Shown here piece after piece: positions 28,165 through 38,101 of a DNA stretch of 64,000 nucleotides. The DNA comes from Candidatus Nanoarchaeia archaeon. GTDB lineage: Archaea > Nanobdellota > Nanobdellia > SCGC-AAA011-G17 > JACPNG01. The translations under genes and the position numbers were made by a program. How positions within the stretch are numbered: position 1 is the stretch's first letter; the number at the start of each line of letters is the position of its first letter. The notes under the pieces are model-generated. The model was not told where the DNA came from. It saw only the letters and a program-made list of their open reading frames with translations, and searched no databases. The stretch lies in assembly GCA_028714375.1 (NCBI GenBank), contig JAQTMK010000001.1:243636-307635 (forward strand), read 5' to 3'.

Positions 28165-28989
28165 ATGATTGTCAAAGAAGAATTTTTAAACAAGCTAAGA
28201 AGGTCTTTCAACCTTAACTTATACGAAGCAAGGATTTGGACAGCATTATTGTCCAGAGGAATATCCACTGCTGGAGAACTTTCTGAGATTGGTAATGTAC
28301 CAAGATCAAGAGCATATGATGTTTTAGAATCACTGGAGAAAAAAGGATTTGTGGTTATGAAATTAGGAAAGCCAATCAAATACCTTGCAGTAGATCCTGG
28401 TGAAGTTGTTGACAGAGTCAAGAAAAATGTTAAAATCAAGGCTGACGAAGATACTAAAAAATTAGATAATCTAAAAGGAACTCCGGTTTTGAAAGAACTT
28501 AATACTTTACATAAAGACGGAATCGAATTTGTAGAACCAACAGATTTGTCTGGTGCAATAAGGGGGAGACATAATATCTATACCCATTTGGAATTAATGA
28601 TAAAGAATGCAGAAAAGTCTGTAACATTGATTACTTCTTCAAAAGGATTGTTGAGAAAGTTTGATGCTTTAAAACCAGAGATGGAAAGATTAAAGAAAAA
28701 AGGTGTTGCAATTAAAATTGCTGCTCCAATGACAAAAGAAACTATGCCAATCTTAAAAGATTTGATGAAAGTTGCAGAAGTCAGGGATGCTAAGAATGTA
28801 AATGCAAGATTCTGTATCGTTGATGATAAAGATCTGGTATTTATGGTTTTAGATGACTCAGCTGTCCATCCAACCTATGATGTTGGAGTTTGGATAAATA
28901 CTCCTTTCTTTGCTTCTGCCTTAAATAACTTGTTTGGCGTTGCTTGGAAAGAAATGAAGTCAGCAGACAAGGTTACTTTTAAACCTTAA
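28165..28989 (+). CDS. TrmB-family transcriptional regulator / chromatin protein
   Basis: LNLYEARIW, VPRSRAYDVLESLEKKG. Confidence 0.9.
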   Translation: MIVKEEFLNKLRRSFNLNLYEARIWTALLSRGISTAGELSEIGNVPRSRAYDVLESLEKKGFVVMKLGKPIKYLAVDPGEVVDRVKKNVKIKADEDTKKLDNLKGTPVLKELNTLHKDGIEFVEPTDLSGAIRGRHNIYTHLELMIKNAEKSVTLITSSKGLLRKFDALKPEMERLKKKGVAIKIAAPMTKETMPILKDLMKVAEVRDAKNVNARFCIVDDKDLVFMVLDDSAVHPTYDVGVWINTPFFASALNNLFGVAWKEMKSADKVTFKP

Positions 28990-30019
28990 TTTTTTTCATT
29001 ATTTTTTTTGATCTTTCTTTAATTGTTTGTGATTTTAATTGCTTAAGTTTTGCTGCTTCTGTATAGGGTCTTGGCCCAAACTTTGAAACATTGACTACTT
29101 CTGGTTTTATTTTTTCTATTAATTCCAAAGTTTTCTTGAAATCCTCTTCTGTCTCAGTCGGATAACCCACAATAATATCAGTTGCTATATTTATTCCTTT
29201 TACGCCTTTTCTGAATTTATTAACTAACCCAACAAAATCTCTTACTTTATATTTTCGGTTCATATCTTTTAAAACTTTATCAGAACCAGACTGAACAGGC
29301 ACATGTAAAAATTTGATGACCTTATCATTATTGTATATTTTAATCATATCATCAGCCATATTCAATATAAACTGGGGATTTGCCATCCCAATTCTTATCT
29401 TAAAATCTCCCTTTATTTTTATTATATCACTAAGCAAAGAAACCAGATTTTCATTTATATCAAATCCATAACAGCCAGTATCCTGGGCAGTTAAATATAT
29501 TTTTTTAGCACCACTTTTAACAACTTTTTTTATTTGTTTGACTATATCTTCTTTTTTATAAGATCTTAAATTACCTCTTACATTTTTCACAGCGCAATAA
29601 CCACATCGATTAACACAGCCTTCAGCTATAGGAATAATTGCCAATCCCTCTTCAGGAAATATTTTTAATTTATTTTCTTTTTTTTCTGAAAAGACTATTT
29701 TTTTATTGTCTTTCATCAATTTGATAAATTTAGTAATAGAATTTGTATCAAAAAGACCGTCTGCTTCTATTTTACCTTTTAAAATCTTTGGTAAACATCC
29801 ACCAACATAAACCTTTTTTCCAGATTCTCTTACTCTTTTAATATAACTCAACACCCTGTTCTGGGTTCTATCCTTAACACCGCAGGAGTTAACAATAGCT
29901 ATTTTGGCCTTAGATAAATCATTCACAACCTCAAAACCCTTGCTTCTAAGGAAATTAGCCATGAAATTGCTGTCTGCCTTGTTTAATGCACATCCAAACG
30001 TTTTAATATATATTTTCAT
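28979..30019 (-). CDS. tRNA methylthiotransferase (MiaB-like, MtaB/e-MtaB type), no TRAM domain
   Basis: TFGC.LN.ADS, NSC, GC, CVNRCGYC radical SAM motif, DIIVGYPTET; start corrected to 30019. Confidence 0.88.
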   Translation of the reverse strand: MKIYIKTFGCALNKADSNFMANFLRSKGFEVVNDLSKAKIAIVNSCGVKDRTQNRVLSYIKRVRESGKKVYVGGCLPKILKGKIEADGLFDTNSITKFIKLMKDNKKIVFSEKKENKLKIFPEEGLAIIPIAEGCVNRCGYCAVKNVRGNLRSYKKEDIVKQIKKVVKSGAKKIYLTAQDTGCYGFDINENLVSLLSDIIKIKGDFKIRIGMANPQFILNMADDMIKIYNNDKVIKFLHVPVQSGSDKVLKDMNRKYKVRDFVGLVNKFRKGVKGINIATDIIVGYPTETEEDFKKTLELIEKIKPEVVNVSKFGPRPYTEAAKLKQLKSQTIKERSKKIMKKIKV

Positions 30020-30116
30020 AACCCCAAAGTCTAAAATAAAATTTATATACCTTCCTATGCTTTTAAGTATACAAATATTTAAAAAACTATCAGATATATA
30101 ATAAAAGGTGATATAA

Positions 30117-30338
30117 ATGCCATTGCAAGAAAAACCCCAATATAAAGACAAAGAAGGGAGTGTCCTTTATGGATTTTCCCAAACACATTTAGAAAAAACA
30201 AATAAACACCTAGGTCAGGTAGTTTTTGGACTAAAGATATTGATAATATTATTTGTTCTGATGCTTGTCGGTACAGCTTTATTGATAGGTTGGATATCCT
30301 ATAATGATGTTGTAACAAGAATTATATACAGGTATTAG
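30117..30338 (+). CDS. Small single-TM membrane protein
   Basis: AGGTGA SD; one long hydrophobic helix. Confidence 0.65.
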   Translation: MPLQEKPQYKDKEGSVLYGFSQTHLEKTNKHLGQVVFGLKILIILFVLMLVGTALLIGWISYNDVVTRIIYRY

Positions 30339-30379
30339 TTTTGAATAAATTTATTAATTTTTCTTACCTTTAAAAATAC

Positions 30380-32284
30380 ATGCAACTACGAAATCTTTTA
30401 AGGAAAATAGAATCCTATAACAAAAATGCAGATTTTGAATTAATCAGGAAAGCCTACGAATTTGCAGATAAATACCATAAAAACCTAAAAAGAGCATCAG
30501 GTGAACCTTATATTCAGCATCCGTTAAATGTCGCATTTATCCTTGCAGAATTTAAGATGGATACAGAAAGCATTGTAGCTGCCCTCCTTCATGATACAGT
30601 TGAAGATACTCCCGCCTCCCTTGAAGAGATTGAAAAAGAATTCGGAAAAGAGATTAGGGAATTAGTTGATGGATTGACAAAGCTAAACCAGATAAAATCC
30701 AAGGAAATAAGGGATGCAGAGTCTATAAGAAAATTATTCTTAGCAACCTCTAGTGATATAAGGGTTGTTATAATAAAACTTGCTGACAAATTGCACAACA
30801 TGCGTACTTTAGAATACCTTTCAGAGGAAAGAAGAAAAACCATCGCAGAATCTACTCTTGAAATCTATGCTCCATTGGCCTCCAGATTGGGGATGTATGC
30901 AGTAAAAGCAGAACTGGAGGATTTAGCATTTAAGATGCTGCATCCAGATATCTATGAAACTTTTCTAAAAAAATTCTCAAACACTAAAAAAGAAAGAGAA
31001 AATGATATTAAAAAAATAAAGAATATTATTGAGAAAAAACTTGAGGAACAAAAAATTCCTGCAAGAATTTTTGGAAGACCAAAACACATTTATAGTTTAT
31101 ATAAGAAAATGATTCAGAAGAAAAGAACCTTCGAAGAGATTTATGACTTGGTTGGTCTTAGAATCATAACTGATAATGTAAAACACTGCTATGAAATTTT
31201 GGGGATAATACACAATGAATGGACTCCAATCCCAAAAGAATTTTCAGATTATATTGCAATGCCAAAACAAAACAGGTATCAAAGTCTTCATACTGCAGTT
31301 ATGGCTCTTAATCAACCAGTTGAATTTCAGATTAGAACCGAAGAAATGGATAAAGTAGCAGAAGAAGGAGTTGCTGCCCACTGGAAATATAAAGGACTTG
31401 AAATTAAAGATAAAAGTTTTGATAAAAAATTATTATGGCTTAGAGAATTATTGAGAATAAAAAAAGAAAAACTTCCAACCCAGGAATTTAATGATTTCTT
31501 AAAAACAGATTTATTTGGGGATGAGATATATGTCTTTACCCCAAAATCCGAGGTCATAGCTCTTCCAAAAGGCTCAACCCCCATAGATTTTGCATATGCA
31601 ATTCACACAGATCTTGGGGATAGATGTACTGGAGCAATTGTTAATGGGAGAATTGTTTCACTAAGGCACGAACTAAAACACGGGGATATTGTGAAGATAT
31701 TAGCTCAAAAAGAACCAAAACCAAAGATGGACTGGCTAAAAATTGTAAAGACAACAAAGGCAATATCAAAAATAAGGAAATTCTTTAGAGAACACGAAAA
31801 AATATTAGTATCAAAACCAAAGAAGACAGAGGCAATTAAAGAAGAAATATCAAAGTCATTATTTATTGTTGATAATATGGCATATAAAACAAAAATTGCT
31901 CAATGCTGCAACCCTCTTCCAGCCAACAAGGTTGTTGCTTATCTTAATGGGAGAATATATACAGTGCATAATGAAAATTGTAGCTCTCTTGATAGCAAGG
32001 ATAAATCCAAGATTAAGCCATGTTCCTGGAATAATATTAAAAATTTTGAATTAACTCTGAATATTTTAGTTAAAGAAAGAATTGGAGTTTTAGCAGATAT
32101 AATAAACACAATTGCATCAACAGAAACAAGCATACTCAAAGCTGTTGCAAAAAAACCAGTAAAAGAAAGGGCCCAGATTATGATAACAATTAATTTTGAG
32201 GATTTGGAACATCTAAAAGAAATCATCTCAAGAATACAAAAACTTATGGGCGTAATTTCAATAGGCTTAGAACCTAAATTTTAA
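30380..32284 (+). CDS. rel: Long RelA/SpoT homolog, bifunctional (p)ppGpp synthetase/hydrolase
   Basis: HD hydrolase (SGEPYI.HP, LLHDTVED, KLADKLHNMRTL), synthetase (GRPKH.YS..KKM, YQSLHT, EFQIRT, AAHWKYK), TGS, CC zinc finger, ACT. Confidence 0.95.
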   Translation: MQLRNLLRKIESYNKNADFELIRKAYEFADKYHKNLKRASGEPYIQHPLNVAFILAEFKMDTESIVAALLHDTVEDTPASLEEIEKEFGKEIRELVDGLTKLNQIKSKEIRDAESIRKLFLATSSDIRVVIIKLADKLHNMRTLEYLSEERRKTIAESTLEIYAPLASRLGMYAVKAELEDLAFKMLHPDIYETFLKKFSNTKKERENDIKKIKNIIEKKLEEQKIPARIFGRPKHIYSLYKKMIQKKRTFEEIYDLVGLRIITDNVKHCYEILGIIHNEWTPIPKEFSDYIAMPKQNRYQSLHTAVMALNQPVEFQIRTEEMDKVAEEGVAAHWKYKGLEIKDKSFDKKLLWLRELLRIKKEKLPTQEFNDFLKTDLFGDEIYVFTPKSEVIALPKGSTPIDFAYAIHTDLGDRCTGAIVNGRIVSLRHELKHGDIVKILAQKEPKPKMDWLKIVKTTKAISKIRKFFREHEKILVSKPKKTEAIKEEISKSLFIVDNMAYKTKIAQCCNPLPANKVVAYLNGRIYTVHNENCSSLDSKDKSKIKPCSWNNIKNFELTLNILVKERIGVLADIINTIASTETSILKAVAKKPVKERAQIMITINFEDLEHLKEIISRIQKLMGVISIGLEPKF

Positions 32285-33374
32285 GGAATTTTTTTCTAAA
32301 ACTATTTGCAAACTTTCTTATAAAACCAGCTTTGAGATATAATGCGTGTTCTGGACACGCCTCAATACAGCAAAAACACCTTATACATTTTTTTGTATCA
32401 ACAGTAGGATAGGGATTTAATGTTATTGCCTGTTTAGGACATTTTCTCATACACACACCACATTTTATACATTTATCTTCACGGACAGTTATTTTTTCCT
32501 GTGGAATAAACATATTTATTATTCCAAGTATCTTCCTTGTAGAAAGTCCTGGAGGTTTTTTATAGTGAGTATGATGCATCTCCCCCTTTATCTCTATCTT
32601 TTCTGTGAATAATTTCTGTTCAAGTATTAGTTTGTTTGTTGGAACATCTTTTCTTTTCCATCCTATTATGTCTGTGACTAAAAGATCAATTGCAAACTGG
32701 GAATTGGATGCCAAGATTAATCCAGTGTGTTTTGCATCTCCTGCAGCAGGACCTTCTCCTTCCATTCCAATTACAGCATCAACAAGAGTTAAATCTGGCT
32801 TTACAATTTTATTTAGGTCAAGAAGTAATTGTGCAAATTCTTTTTCAGTTGGAGCATAGGCATGCAATTGTTGTTTTTTTGTCCCAGGGATTACCCCATA
32901 CATATTTTTTATTGCGCACGTCAATTTCATCAACGAATGTGTTTTTAATCTTGGAACATTGATTACATAATCTGCCTTAAATAATATCTCAGGCAAGTCT
33001 AACTCTTTTATAATCTTCCCGCCAGGAATCTTGACTTTTACAGATTTGACTTTTTCAAAATTAATGACTGTAGCATTATATTTTTTTGCTACGCCCAATA
33101 CCCCAGATTTTTCTATTGCTAAATCAGTATTTTGAAGAGAAGAGTCTCCAATTATAATTTTATTTTTATTTTCTTTTAGAACTCTGCATAAAGCATCAAT
33201 TATCGCAGGATTTGTAACAACTAAATGTCCTTTTCTGTATGCCCCTAATAAATTTGGTTTAATCAGAACGGTTTTTCCGTGAGGCAAAGTAAAATTACTT
33301 AAAATTTTATTTATAGCTTTATCAATTTTGTCTTGTTTATAACTTTCACAATTAACTATAAATACCTCAACCAT
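32274..33374 (-). CDS. DUF362 protein with two 4Fe-4S ferredoxin motifs
   Basis: VLIKPN, LKTH, MEGEGP..G; two CxxCxxCxxxCP. Confidence 0.88.
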   Translation of the reverse strand: MVEVFIVNCESYKQDKIDKAINKILSNFTLPHGKTVLIKPNLLGAYRKGHLVVTNPAIIDALCRVLKENKNKIIIGDSSLQNTDLAIEKSGVLGVAKKYNATVINFEKVKSVKVKIPGGKIIKELDLPEILFKADYVINVPRLKTHSLMKLTCAIKNMYGVIPGTKKQQLHAYAPTEKEFAQLLLDLNKIVKPDLTLVDAVIGMEGEGPAAGDAKHTGLILASNSQFAIDLLVTDIIGWKRKDVPTNKLILEQKLFTEKIEIKGEMHHTHYKKPPGLSTRKILGIINMFIPQEKITVREDKCIKCGVCMRKCPKQAITLNPYPTVDTKKCIRCFCCIEACPEHALYLKAGFIRKFANSFRKKFLKI

Positions 33375-33411
33375 TTAGTTAATTTATTTTATCAATATTT
33401 AAAGATTTTGA

Positions 33412-34095
33412 TTACTTTTGAATAAGCCTTACTCTTTTTACTATGAGTTTACCAACATTTTTATTTTCCATAATAATATTAGAATCTTCTATACTTAATC
33501 TATTTTTAAAAATTGGGCCATCAACCACCAAGGTCTCAGCCTCCCCCCCTTCAAAAGCAACATTCATTTTAGTTATTTTTTCTATTTTGCTTAATTTTTC
33601 CACTTCTTTTTCATCGATTACAATTCCAAGCCATGATTTATCCAACCCTTCTGCAGAGACGCTGGTGATAATAAATTTAAAACCATCTTTTACCATGCTT
33701 CTTAATAATCCAAGCTGATCCTTGCCCCAGAGAGGATTGATGCATGAAACTTTTAGATTGTCGCATATGTCCTGAATTCTTTTGGACTGATACGCAGAAG
33801 CAATCGCACCAGTAACAACCCCATCAATATTATATTTAATTATTGCTTCTTTAATCGCTTCAGCGAGATCTTTAAGTTCCTCTTCTTTTACCCCTTCAGT
33901 TTTGTATTGGATGATTGGAATTTCCATCGCTCTTGCCTGAATCTTGGTAAGATTTATATTTGGGGTATGGAACATATAGCTTTCTTTGTTTTTAGAAATA
34001 ATTGAAATTAAGCAAACAATCTCGTGTTCTTTCATGGCCTTAAATAAAGCATAACACGAATCTTTCCCGCCTGAAAATAAAACTCCAACTCTCAT
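33412..34095 (-). CDS. dph6: Diphthine--ammonia ligase (Dph6/DUF71)
   Basis: SGGKDS, SYMFH, EGGEAET; start corrected to 34095. Confidence 0.88.
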   Translation of the reverse strand: MRVGVLFSGGKDSCYALFKAMKEHEIVCLISIISKNKESYMFHTPNINLTKIQARAMEIPIIQYKTEGVKEEELKDLAEAIKEAIIKYNIDGVVTGAIASAYQSKRIQDICDNLKVSCINPLWGKDQLGLLRSMVKDGFKFIITSVSAEGLDKSWLGIVIDEKEVEKLSKIEKITKMNVAFEGGEAETLVVDGPIFKNRLSIEDSNIIMENKNVGKLIVKRVRLIQK

Positions 34096-34135
34096 AACTT
34101 TAACTAAAAGGTTTAATTTAAAAAGGTTTTTACAA

Positions 34136-35470
34136 CTATTTATGATATTCAACCAATTGTTTGATGCTTCTTACTGCAGTCTCAGGGTAATCAAAACAGA
34201 CAATTCCTCTTGACTCCAGAATTCTTTTGATTTTTTCAGTTGGAGATCCTCCTGTAGAGGCGACAATAATTGGTTTTTTATTTTTATATTTAGAAATAAC
34301 ATTAACAATGTTTGGAGTTAGTAATGGAGTTTGATAGTCAAGAGTTATTAGGATAATGTCTATGTTTTTATCTTTGACAGCATATTCCAAAGCCAGACCA
34401 TATCTTTCATCTGTTGCATCACCAATCAAATCCATTGGATTATCAACAATGACAAGTTTTGGGAATTTCTCCTTTAGTTTTTTCTTGGTTTCACTGCTAA
34501 GCTCAGCTAATTTAAGACCATATTTGATTATATTATCTGTGCCAAGAATACCAAATCCTCCGCCGTTTGTAATTGTTAGTATCCTATCTCCTTTTGGTTT
34601 TATACTTTTTTCTAAAAGTCTGGAATAATTAAACATATCCTCTAAATTCTCAGCATAAACAGTTCCTGCCTGTTTAAATGCTCCAAGGTAAACTCTTGGA
34701 TCTCCAGCTAATGCTCCTGTGTGACTTAACGTAGCTTTGTTTCCTTCATGGGTTAACCCTCCCTTGAGCACAATAACTGGTTTTTTGATGTTCTTGCAAA
34801 TCTCTAAACATTTTTTCCCATCCTTAACAGCTTCAATATAAACACATATGACTTTAGTGTTTTTGTCTTTTCCAAGATAATCCAAGTAATCTACCGAATC
34901 TAAATTTGTAGCATTACCAAAGCTTATGAACTTACTGACTCCATAATTTTTAGAAGCCATAAGATCCAAAATCGCTCCACCAATCGCTCCAGACTGACAT
35001 ATAAAACTTATACCTCCTTTCCCAGGCCTTTGAACTCTCTCAGAAGGTAAGAATATAGCATCAATTCCAGAATAAGCATCGTAAATTCCTAGACAATTAA
35101 CTCCAACAGCCTTGATATTTCTCTGATCTAATTCTTCTTTGAGTTTTAATTCTAGTTTATCATTCCCAATTTCTTTAAAACCAGCAGAAATAATTACCAC
35201 ATTCTTACAGTTTACAGAGGGCATCTCTTTAATAATATCTATTACAAAAGCAGCAGGAACTGCAATCACAGTCAGATCTATTTTTTTGTTTATATCTGAA
35301 AGTTTCTTGTATATCTTATTTCCATACAATGAATTAACATTAGGATTAACTCCGTACACATCCCCTTTAAAATTCCTGAGTAATTGATTGAATAAAATTG
35401 CTCCAACCTTGTTTGGTTCTCTTGATACTCCAACAACAGCTATTGACTTAGCTTCAAAGAAATTTTTCAA
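34136..35470 (-). CDS. acdA: Acetate--CoA ligase (ADP-forming) alpha subunit
   Basis: SIAVVGVS, ISAGF.E, NCLG, QSGA, SHTGALAG, TNGGG, NPMDL.GDA. Confidence 0.9.
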   Translation of the reverse strand: MKNFFEAKSIAVVGVSREPNKVGAILFNQLLRNFKGDVYGVNPNVNSLYGNKIYKKLSDINKKIDLTVIAVPAAFVIDIIKEMPSVNCKNVVIISAGFKEIGNDKLELKLKEELDQRNIKAVGVNCLGIYDAYSGIDAIFLPSERVQRPGKGGISFICQSGAIGGAILDLMASKNYGVSKFISFGNATNLDSVDYLDYLGKDKNTKVICVYIEAVKDGKKCLEICKNIKKPVIVLKGGLTHEGNKATLSHTGALAGDPRVYLGAFKQAGTVYAENLEDMFNYSRLLEKSIKPKGDRILTITNGGGFGILGTDNIIKYGLKLAELSSETKKKLKEKFPKLVIVDNPMDLIGDATDERYGLALEYAVKDKNIDIILITLDYQTPLLTPNIVNVISKYKNKKPIIVASTGGSPTEKIKRILESRGIVCFDYPETAVRSIKQLVEYHK

Positions 35471-35501
35471 TTAACACCAATCACCTCAGAATAAAGATAA
35501 T

Positions 35502-35750
35502 CTATTTCTTTTTATTCTTTTTGGATTTTTCCAAAGCTTCATCAATTGCTTCTTTATCAAAACCAACAATGATTTCCCCATCAATATCAATGACCGGAAC
35601 TCCCATCTGTCCTGATTTTTCAATCATTTCTCTGGCTTTTTCTCTGTCTTCTCCAACATTAAATTCATTAAATTTTACGCCTTTTTCCTTTAGGTAAGCC
35701 TTTACTCTATGACACCACGGACACATATCTGTGGAATAGATGTTTATCAT
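35502..35750 (-). CDS. Glutaredoxin-like (NrdH/YruB) protein
   Basis: CPWC, SGQMGVPVI, GFD. Confidence 0.92.
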   Translation of the reverse strand: MINIYSTDMCPWCHRVKAYLKEKGVKFNEFNVGEDREKAREMIEKSGQMGVPVIDIDGEIIVGFDKEAIDEALEKSKKNKKK

Positions 35751-35767
35751 TTTTAAATCACCAAAAT

Positions 35768-36385
35768 TTAACCATGGTTAACATTATTTAAAAGTTTTGA
35801 ATTAACTAAAACAAGAAATAAACATATCAAGATAATATCCATAATCATCTCAGTAAATATGCTGTAAAAGAAAGTTTCTGGGAACATGACTATCAGATTG
35901 TCTTTTAGGGGATCAAGTATCCACAAATTATTGCTGAAAAAAAGCTCATGAAATTTGATAAATAAACTTGAAAAGTCAAAAATCAAAAATAAAAACAAAA
36001 TAAAAAATACAGTCAAGACAGAAAACCATAAGGAATTTTTTAATAATCTAAATTCTTTTTTCTTGATAAAATAAATTATATAAAAAACAATAAAAATCAA
36101 GCATAGATAAAACAAAACATTGGCAGCAACAATTAAATCTTTGACATCTTTTAGGTGCAATTTTTCTTTTTCATTGAAGAATTTAGTATCTAACTCTCCC
36201 TTTCCCTGCAAGTAATTTATCAAGTTATTATTTTCTTCAATAACCTTTTCTTTTCCAAAAGAATCATAAACCCCATTTTTGTCAAACTGTTTATCATAAA
36301 AATTTTCATTAAAAACCTCAAATTTAAATCCTAACAAGAATATAAATAAAACTGCAAAAATAATAAAATCTATTTTTAGCTTCAT
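35768..36385 (-). CDS. TIGR01906/DUF1461-like membrane protein
   Basis: E..HLKDVK, F.KFHELFF.N.LW.LDP..D.LI.MFPE.FF. Confidence 0.8.
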   Translation of the reverse strand: MKLKIDFIIFAVLFIFLLGFKFEVFNENFYDKQFDKNGVYDSFGKEKVIEENNNLINYLQGKGELDTKFFNEKEKLHLKDVKDLIVAANVLFYLCLIFIVFYIIYFIKKKEFRLLKNSLWFSVLTVFFILFLFLIFDFSSLFIKFHELFFSNNLWILDPLKDNLIVMFPETFFYSIFTEMIMDIILICLFLVLVNSKLLNNVNHG

Positions 36386-37581
36386 CCTAATATTTTTGTG
36401 ACCTGTTTAAATCCATCAACTAATTTATTAGCGTCTTCTTCATTATTGTATAAATATAATGAAGCTCTTACGCTGCCTTTAATATTGTGTTTGTTAAACC
36501 ATGAATGCACGCAGTGTTGTCCAGACCTCATCATTATCTTTTTAGAATGATCTAACAATAAAGCAATCTGATGCACATCTTTGTTTTTATAGTTAAATGA
36601 AGTGATACCCGGCCTTAATCCAACATCTTCAGGACCAAGGATACTAACTCCCTCAATATTTCTTAATCCATCATCAATTATCTGATTTACTTTTAATTCC
36701 TGTTTCACAATATTGTCCATTCCAACTTTTCTTAGATATCTACATGCTTCTCCAAAACCAATTATTCCAGAATAATGTTGTAATCCTGCTTCAAATCTGT
36801 TTGGAACTTTTTCTATTTCATAACTGTTATAAGTGGAATTTGTTACAGTTTCTCCTCCAAGAATAAACTGTTCCATCTTATCTAAAATTTCTTCTTTCCC
36901 ATACAACATCCCTATACCTGTTGGACCTAACATTTTATGACCAGAACATGCAAACAAGTCAACATCCAATTTTTTAAGATCAATTTCTTTGTGTGGTGCA
37001 GACTGTGCTCCATCTAACATCGTTAAAGCTCCATTCTCATGCGCTATTTTGATTATTTCTTTTGCAGGGATGGTTGAACCATCTAAATTAGAAGTATGAA
37101 CCATGGATACTAGTTTGACATCTCTATTCATTTTTTCCTTAAACTCTTCCAAATCAAAAATCCCATCTTTGCTTCCAATAGTAGTGTGTTTTAATCCGTT
37201 TTTCTTGCATAATCTTATAACCGGTACTAAGTTTGAATTATGTTCTTTGTCTGTTGTGATTATTCCGCCGTTTATCTTTAATCCATTATAAACTAGATTT
37301 AATGATTCAGTAGTATTTTTAGAAAAAACAATCTGATCCTCTTTTTTTATATTAAGTAATTTTTGTATTTCCTTTCTTGCATTTAAAACTTCTTCATCAA
37401 CCTTTTTACTTATACTATGCATTCCTCTCCCACCACATCCAGGATACTCTTTGTAGTATTCATTTATTTTGTCTATTACTTGAATTGGTTTTAAACTCAT
37501 GCAGGCAGAATCCAAATAGGTAACTTTATTCAAAATTGGAAAATCCTGCCTTATCTTGTCAAAGTTCATAGAATTAAACAA
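36382..37581 (-). CDS. sufS: Cysteine desulfurase (SufS-like)
   Basis: IRQDFPIL, YLDSA, EHNSN, DGAQ, SGHKM.GPTG, RSGQHC. Confidence 0.9.
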   Translation of the reverse strand: MFNSMNFDKIRQDFPILNKVTYLDSACMSLKPIQVIDKINEYYKEYPGCGGRGMHSISKKVDEEVLNARKEIQKLLNIKKEDQIVFSKNTTESLNLVYNGLKINGGIITTDKEHNSNLVPVIRLCKKNGLKHTTIGSKDGIFDLEEFKEKMNRDVKLVSMVHTSNLDGSTIPAKEIIKIAHENGALTMLDGAQSAPHKEIDLKKLDVDLFACSGHKMLGPTGIGMLYGKEEILDKMEQFILGGETVTNSTYNSYEIEKVPNRFEAGLQHYSGIIGFGEACRYLRKVGMDNIVKQELKVNQIIDDGLRNIEGVSILGPEDVGLRPGITSFNYKNKDVHQIALLLDHSKKIMMRSGQHCVHSWFNKHNIKGSVRASLYLYNNEEDANKLVDGFKQVTKILG

Positions 37582-37603
37582 AATATAAAATTAATAAAGG
37601 TTT

Positions 37604-38050
37604 CTAAGGAACACATTGTCCATCTAAACAAGTACATTCCCCTTCTGGACAAGTACAATCTCCATCAATAGTACATTCACAATCAACATCCTCAGGATAG
37701 GTAGCTGGATTAAATATACATATATCATCCGAATCTGGACCATTACAGTTACCATGTGCAATTAAATTGTAAGCACCGATTCCAGAATAAATCAAACTTC
37801 CAATTAATAATATCAAAAAGAACCAGGAAAATACTTCAAAATGTTTGTATGTAAATGCAGCAACCTTAGGACTTTTCTTCATTAGTCTTCCTGTTATCTG
37901 TCCCTTTAATCTTTCATCCAATCCAGTTGTGCAGGGTCTGAATGTAATTCTTTTGAAAACACACTCAAAAGATTCTTTTGCAATAGTTCTGTATCTAACA
38001 GAAAAAATACCTAATATTCCAAACACAACCATTGCAATTACGCATATCAT
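37604..38050 (-). CDS. Membrane protein with Cys-rich C-terminus
   Basis: Two TM segments; CECTIDGDCTCPEGECTC tail. Confidence 0.65.
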   Translation of the reverse strand: MICVIAMVVFGILGIFSVRYRTIAKESFECVFKRITFRPCTTGLDERLKGQITGRLMKKSPKVAAFTYKHFEVFSWFFLILLIGSLIYSGIGAYNLIAHGNCNGPDSDDICIFNPATYPEDVDCECTIDGDCTCPEGECTCLDGQCVP

Positions 38051-38101
38051 ATTTAATCTTCCTTTTTAATTATTTATAAACTTTATTAAAAAAAGAAAAA
38101 A

